Source of the DNA: Enterobacteria phage mEp390
Sequence record: NC_019721.1
DNA: 40,029 bases
Direction: 5' to 3' (one strand)
A program made the translations under genes and the position numbers. The stretch's first letter is position 1, and the number at the start of each line of letters is the position of its first letter. The notes below the pieces were generated by a model. That model did not search any database, was not told the origin of the DNA, and saw nothing but the letters and a program-made list of their open reading frames with translations. Shown piece after piece: positions 35,126-40,029 of this stretch.

Positions 35126-35751
35126 TGAACCAATCACAATTTCAAAAGGCGGCTGGGCTAAGCGCCGAGTTAGCTGCGCGCTGGTTTCAGCCAGTCACCG
35201 ATGCGATGAAAGAATTCGGCATTACCAAGCCGGTAGACCAGGCCATGTTCATTGCGCAGGTTGGGCATGAATCAGCTGGCTTCACTCTCCTGGTGGAGAG
35301 CTTCAATTACCGGATTGCCGCACTAGTTAACTTCATTCGTGCAGGACGCCTTACCGCAGAACAGGCAAACGCGTTAGGCCGCCGCCCTGAAGAACGGACA
35401 TTACCGATTGAGCGCCAGCGAGCCATTGCGAACCTGGTATACAGCAAACGCATGGGTAACAACGCACCCGGCGACGGCTGGTTATACCGTGGGCGTGGGC
35501 TTATCCAGATTACCGGCCTCAACAACTACCGTGATTGTGGAAACGGCCTGAAAGTTGATCTGGTTAAGCAACCTCAGTTGCTCGCTGAAGACGTATACGC
35601 GGCAAGAAGTGCGGCATGGTTCTTTGTCACTAAGGGCTGCCTTAATCATTCTGGCGACCTGATGCGCGTGACGAAGATTATCAACGGCGGAACGAACGGA
35701 CTGGAAGATCGTCGCGCTCGCTTCGGTCAGGCCAAAACAGTACTGGTATGA
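35125..35751 (+). CDS. endolysin, GH19 chitinase-like lysozyme
   Basis: 208-aa ORF with GH19-like motifs ([20 protein letters not shown]) following holin genes. Confidence 0.8.
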   Translation: MNQSQFQKAAGLSAELAARWFQPVTDAMKEFGITKPVDQAMFIAQVGHESAGFTLLVESFNYRIAALVNFIRAGRLTAEQANALGRRPEERTLPIERQRAIANLVYSKRMGNNAPGDGWLYRGRGLIQITGLNNYRDCGNGLKVDLVKQPQLLAEDVYAARSAAWFFVTKGCLNHSGDLMRVTKIINGGTNGLEDRRARFGQAKTVLV

Positions 35752-35758
35752 GGTTGAT

Positions 35759-36034
35759 ATGGGTTTAGAAACGATAATCGGTATTGCTGCACTTGTTATG
35801 GCTGCTATCGCTGGTGCCTTTGGCATTGGCCATTCACGCGGCACCAGCAAAGCGGAAGCCAAAGCAGACCAGCAGCGCACCGAAGAAAAGGCCGCAGCCA
35901 CTGAAGCAGTAGCCGAACGCCGGGTAGAAGCAACGAAAGAGGCCAGCAATGTACAGCAGACTGTTAACCACATGCCTGATGACGATGTTGATCGCGAGCT
36001 GCGTGACACGTGGAAGCGTCCCGGTGGTGGTTGA
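35759..36034 (+). CDS. i-spanin (Rz-like)
   Basis: 91-aa ORF with N-terminal TM segment and charged helical remainder. Confidence 0.55.
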   Translation: MGLETIIGIAALVMAAIAGAFGIGHSRGTSKAEAKADQQRTEEKAAATEAVAERRVEATKEASNVQQTVNHMPDDDVDRELRDTWKRPGGG

Positions 36035-36176
36035 TACCGCCTGTGACTGGGTAAAGCCAATCTACCTGACCGATCATGATATTGACGTTATGGACCGCCA
36101 GACGAAGAAAGACATCCTGGCGCATAACAAAGCGTGGCAGGCGAACTGCCAGAAAGAAACCAGAGCCCCGCAATAG
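35949..36176 (+). CDS. o-spanin (Rz1-like lipoprotein), overlapping i-spanin in another frame
   Basis: 75-aa ORF with LIASC lipobox and Pro/Cys content; overlapped arrangement typical of Rz/Rz1. Confidence 0.55.
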   Translation: MYSRLLTTCLMTMLIASCVTRGSVPVVVDTACDWVKPIYLTDHDIDVMDRQTKKDILAHNKAWQANCQKETRAPQ

Positions 36177-36204
36177 CGGGGCCTTTAATTACTGAGGAAA
36201 GAGC

Positions 36205-36402
36205 ATGACTGTAGTTCTCACAGCTAAGCAAATCGAAGACCTGGCTAATTTCGCGAAAGAAGACGGCGCACCTCAATACACTATCACCACTGGCACCATC
36301 CCGGAGTTCGAAGCCGATGATGGCGAGATTATCCCTGAATACACAGGGTTGATCGCGTACTCAGATTCGCTGGAGCATGGTGTGTTGCAACTCGACGACT
36401 AG
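36205..36402 (+). CDS. hypothetical small acidic protein
   Basis: 65-aa ORF with GAGGAAAGAG RBS. Confidence 0.4.
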   Translation: MTVVLTAKQIEDLANFAKEDGAPQYTITTGTIPEFEADDGEIIPEYTGLIAYSDSLEHGVLQLDD

Positions 36403-36584
36403 CCATTACAGCAGGCATTCACTGAGTGCCTGTGATAATGTCGAAACACATTAATCAGGTGCGCGAGATGTCGGGTAATACCGATCCGGACGAAGCGTGA
36501 CGCTGCTATAAGCTGGAGGATGGTGCAGACGGCCAATATCTTCTGGCTCAAGGGTTCGAATCCCTTCCTGATTACCACATTAAG

Positions 36585-36611
36585 CCACTGGCATCCGCTG
36601 GTGGTTTTTTT
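36585..36611 (+). terminator. intrinsic terminator
   Basis: 7-bp stem (two G-U pairs) CCACTGG/CTGGTGG followed by T7. Confidence 0.45.
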
Positions 36612-36723
36612 ATGCGCATCGCACGCGCACAACTAAGAAAGTCTTTCAGCTGTGAGCCTGGGCAAACCGTTAACTTTCGGCGGCTTTGCCGTGCGACAGG
36701 CTCACGCCTAAAAGGAAAATTAA

Positions 36724-38181
36724 ATGCAGGTCACTATTGATGGTGTCCCATACGCACCTGCCTGCGAAATTTCATCGCGGATTGGCATTGCAATAACGAC
36801 ACACCAGCGCGCCGACGTTCTGAAAAGAGCGCTCGAACAGCACATGAAGCACCTGCCAGCTGGTGCGCTGGTGGTGGTTGTGGATGATGGTTCAAAACCT
36901 GCAGCGGTAGTTCCCCACGGCGTGCAGCTGCTTCGCCATGAAACATCACTCGGCATTGTTGCTTCGAAGAACGCCAGCCTGTCAGCCCTGATGGATGCCG
37001 GGTGCGAGCATCTTTTTCTGTGGGATGATGATGCCTGGCCTATCGCCGATAACTGGCATCTTCCCTACATCGAATCACCCGAGCCACACCTGGCTTACCA
37101 GTTTCTCGATCTTGCTGGCCGCAATAAGCTGAATGACCTTTCGGTGCTTTACCGTGACGATCAGCATGTGGCGTATACCGGGCAGCGCGGCGTTATGCTG
37201 TATTACCACCGTAGTGCCATCGAGAAGGTGGGCGGATTTGATCCGGTATACGGTCGCGGCATGTACGAACACAGCGACCTTGCCCTGCGCATCCATAACG
37301 CCGGAATGACTACGTGGGCTTACGCTGATGCGGCCGGTTCAGAAAAGCTGATTCATTCTCTTGATGAGCATGAGGCTGTAGAGCGTTCCGTACCGAAACC
37401 AGACCGGCAGGCGCTGGTGGAACGTAACGTTAAAATCCACAACGAACGGCGTGATGCCGGGTTTACCGGTTACGTGGAGTATCGACGGCAGCGCGACGTG
37501 GTTATTACTACTCTGCTGACCAGCCAGCCTGACCCGCAGCGCGGTACGAAAATGACCGCCTCTCCTGACATGCTGGCTAAATGGGCGTCCTCGCTTCGGA
37601 ATTGTGGACGTATTGCGCTGGTGGATGAACTACAGACGGCACCGGCAGACGTTGAGCTGTATCGCGTTCCTGACGTGAAGATGAATGTCTACTTCAGGCG
37701 CTGGCTGCATATCTGGCAGCACCTGCGAGATCACCCTGAATACCGGTTCGTCTGGTGTACTGATGGTACCGATGTCGAAATGCTTCGCGCGCCGTGGGAA
37801 GAAATGGAACCCGGTAAGGTGTATGTCGGTTCTGAACCGAAGACCTACGCCGACTCCTGGGCGAAACAGAATCATCCTGAGCGTATCTATAAGGAATTCA
37901 TTGAAGCGCACCGCGGCGATGTGATGCTGAACGCTGGTCTGCTGGGTGGCACCCGCGCTGATGTAATGGCGTTCGCTCACGGCATCATCCGTCTTTACTA
38001 CCGGATAGAGAGTTATCGTTTCTGGAAGAAAGAACAGGCTGGCGCTGCGGTGGGCGATATGATCGCTTTTGGCATTGTTGCTAAATCGTTTGGCGATCGA
38101 ATTGTCACCGGCCCCCGCATCCACACTATTTTTAAGTCCGATGGTGTCGGTAAAGAGTACGCTTTCTGGCGCCATAAATAA
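36724..38181 (+). CDS. glycosyltransferase family 2-like protein with additional C-terminal domain
   Basis: 485-aa ORF; GT-A signatures IAITTHQRADVLKRALEQ, VVVVDDGS, DDD, and VGGFD...YEHSDLALRIHNAG. Confidence 0.6.
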   Translation: MQVTIDGVPYAPACEISSRIGIAITTHQRADVLKRALEQHMKHLPAGALVVVVDDGSKPAAVVPHGVQLLRHETSLGIVASKNASLSALMDAGCEHLFLWDDDAWPIADNWHLPYIESPEPHLAYQFLDLAGRNKLNDLSVLYRDDQHVAYTGQRGVMLYYHRSAIEKVGGFDPVYGRGMYEHSDLALRIHNAGMTTWAYADAAGSEKLIHSLDEHEAVERSVPKPDRQALVERNVKIHNERRDAGFTGYVEYRRQRDVVITTLLTSQPDPQRGTKMTASPDMLAKWASSLRNCGRIALVDELQTAPADVELYRVPDVKMNVYFRRWLHIWQHLRDHPEYRFVWCTDGTDVEMLRAPWEEMEPGKVYVGSEPKTYADSWAKQNHPERIYKEFIEAHRGDVMLNAGLLGGTRADVMAFAHGIIRLYYRIESYRFWKKEQAGAAVGDMIAFGIVAKSFGDRIVTGPRIHTIFKSDGVGKEYAFWRHK

Positions 38182-38221
38182 TTTCATTATCCTGAAAATC
38201 CTTTAACCGGGAGGCATTGTC

Positions 38222-38734
38222 ATGGCCGCAAGAAAGACGATTGAAGAGAGATTTTGGATAAAGGTTGATAAAAAAGGTGAAGATGATTGTTGGTGCTGGT
38301 GTGCCGCAACAGTGAAGGGCGGTAGCGGAGAAAGAAAGTTAACTTATGGGGTTATTGGTACAGATCGAAATGCCTCTGGTAACCCAAAGGTTCTTTTAGC
38401 CCACCGGGTTTCTTGGGAAATGCATAATGGGCCAATACCGGAAGGTAAGTATATAGACCATATCTGTCACAACACCTTATGTGTGAACCCACATCACCTC
38501 CGACTTGTATCACCAAAGCAAAACGCAGAGAACCAATGTGTTGTTGATTCCCGCTCAACATCTGGATATCGAGGCGTATCGTGGAATAAACAAAAAAATA
38601 AATGGCTTGCTTACTGCAATCATGAAGGAAAGCGTTATCACGCTGGGTTCCATGAAACAGCAGAGTTGGCAGCTGAAGCTGCACGTCGAGCCCGAAACAA
38701 GGTGTTTACCCATAATGATGCAGACAGATTTTAA
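38222..38734 (+). CDS. HNH homing endonuclease with AP2-type DNA-binding domain
   Basis: 170-aa ORF; HNH-like Cys/His region (HICHNTLCVNPHHL) and AP2-like GYRGVSWNKQKNKWLAY...GFHETAELAAEA. Confidence 0.75.
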   Translation: MAARKTIEERFWIKVDKKGEDDCWCWCAATVKGGSGERKLTYGVIGTDRNASGNPKVLLAHRVSWEMHNGPIPEGKYIDHICHNTLCVNPHHLRLVSPKQNAENQCVVDSRSTSGYRGVSWNKQKNKWLAYCNHEGKRYHAGFHETAELAAEAARRARNKVFTHNDADRF

Positions 38735-39305
38735 GTTTGTTGTGGTTGGCCATCACTCTCGCTTAAGCCATGCGCAACGTCTTGCCGCGTTGCTGGATGC
38801 TCATCTGCTTATTGATGACGGTGACCACGGCGCGAACTGGAATCATCGGCGCGCTATCGAGTGGGCAGTTGAGCAGCCTTGCCGTGTAGTGGTATTGGAG
38901 GACGACGCGCTGCCAGTACATGGATTCACCGAAAAGGTAACTGACTGGCTGGCTCGTTTCCCTGACGACATGCTGAGCTTTTATCTCGGCACCGGCCGAC
39001 CACCGCAGTATCAGAAAGAGATAGCCGACTGGCTGATTGTTGCAGATAAGTCACGAGCAGACTTCATCACACTTCAGAGGCTGATACACGGGGTCTGCTA
39101 CAGCATCCCACCTCAGCACCTGAACCGTGTTCTGTCTCGATGGCACAGCAGCAAGCCTGCTGATTATGCCGTTGGTGATGCCTATGGCGGCGCTGTGGTT
39201 TATCCGTGTTACTCGCTGGTGGATCACGCCGACATGCAGACGGTTGAGCGTCATCCTGACAACGAGCCGAGGACAGAACGCCGCCGCGCATGGAGACTGG
39301 CATGA
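38715..39305 (+). CDS. putative GT-A fold glycosyltransferase-like protein (GT25-like)
   Basis: start at ATG (MMQTDFK); pattern FVVVGHHSR...DDGDHG...RVVVLEDDALPVHGF resembles GT25/GT-A cores; weak assignment. Confidence 0.4.
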   Translation: MMQTDFKFVVVGHHSRLSHAQRLAALLDAHLLIDDGDHGANWNHRRAIEWAVEQPCRVVVLEDDALPVHGFTEKVTDWLARFPDDMLSFYLGTGRPPQYQKEIADWLIVADKSRADFITLQRLIHGVCYSIPPQHLNRVLSRWHSSKPADYAVGDAYGGAVVYPCYSLVDHADMQTVERHPDNEPRTERRRAWRLA

Positions 39306-39643
39306 ACAAAGAGCCACGCGTATATGGCAGCCGATGGGATAAGGCCCGTCTGCGTTTCCTGCAGCAGCACCCACTATGTGTGATGTGCGAGCAGCAGGGG
39401 CGCATTACCCCGGCAACGGTGGTTGACCATATCGAGCCCCACAAACTCAAAGATGCGCTTAAGTCAGGTAACCCGCTGGCCATATCTAAAGCACAGCTCC
39501 TGTTCTGGAGTAAAGATAACTGGCAGCCACTGTGCAAAGCACATCATGACTCAACGAAACAGAGAATGGAGAAGAGCGGCGCGGTAATAGGCTGTGATGC
39601 CAACGGCTACCCGCTCGATCCTGCGTCTCACTGGAGCACGTAA
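39302..39643 (+). CDS. HNH endonuclease (packaging-associated, HK97 gp74-like position)
   Basis: start MNKEPRV after GGAGA RBS; Cys/His pairs CVMCEQ...HIEPH...CKAHHD; sits just upstream of terminase if the genome is circularised. Confidence 0.75.
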   Translation: MNKEPRVYGSRWDKARLRFLQQHPLCVMCEQQGRITPATVVDHIEPHKLKDALKSGNPLAISKAQLLFWSKDNWQPLCKAHHDSTKQRMEKSGAVIGCDANGYPLDPASHWST

Positions 39644-39879
39644 TGAAAGACCTCATCATTGAATACCGCGACGGTAAGTTTGTTCAGTTGGCAATTGATG
39701 GCGTAGCGATGAAGACTGTTACCTCTATCCAGTTTTCCCACACAGTAGGAGAAAACGTGCCGACGCTGACCTTTTCAGGGCATGTGTGGCCCGAGCACGG
39801 GAAAGGCGCTCAGAAACTCGAACAGGTTGATAAACAGACGTCCTGGAATGATGAAGTGAAGCGGATAATGAATGAGTGA
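39643..39879 (+). CDS. hypothetical small protein
   Basis: 78-aa ORF translationally coupled to HNH gene (ATGA overlap). Confidence 0.4.
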   Translation: MKDLIIEYRDGKFVQLAIDGVAMKTVTSIQFSHTVGENVPTLTFSGHVWPEHGKGAQKLEQVDKQTSWNDEVKRIMNE

Positions 39880-40029
39880 AATCATTTCAAATGCAATGAA
39901 ATCAAATGAGAACGAATCGCATCAGGGCAGGGGGGGGGATCAAATCTTCAAAACCTTTGCCCCAAATGACCGCCGCCAAAGTTTGATTTTAACGCTAACC
40001 CGATTTTTTTAGTTTTAAGGTGTTGACAT

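Noticed and set aside
36502-36577. Possible intact tRNA ending in ACCA after the lysis genes
   Set aside because: T-arm and acceptor 3' strand are canonical but no complementary 5' acceptor strand or D-arm lies within tRNA-length distance; reported only as a tRNA-like element.
39930-39938. G9 homopolymer as a phase-variable switch for a gene
   Set aside because: It lies in an ORF-free terminal segment with no downstream reading frame that it could toggle within the window; more likely part of the packaging or cos region.

Overview
The window reads as a complete, or nearly complete, HK97-like lambdoid temperate siphovirus genome from an enterobacterial host, laid out from the terminase small subunit gene. 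Gene order is packaging, head, tail (with a lambda-type G/G-T frameshift and M-L-K-I-J), tail fibre and morons, attP with a tRNA-Leu 3' core and integrase, a leftward early region, the cI/cro immunity region, replication and Nin-like genes, Q, lysis, then an accessory cluster with HNH endonucleases. The strongest candidate for a new system is an AT-rich, opposite-strand gene between Q and the late promoter whose N-terminus looks like a TIR domain. Other accessory loci worth follow-up are a LexA-box-controlled dinI-like gene divergent from a two-gene operon ending in a UmuD'-like protein, a stand-alone LexA DNA-binding-domain homologue, two glycosyltransferase-like genes flanking an HNH-AP2 endonuclease, and two lipoprotein morons in the tail region. 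All family assignments are from motifs read by eye and recalled from memory; no database search or computation was run.
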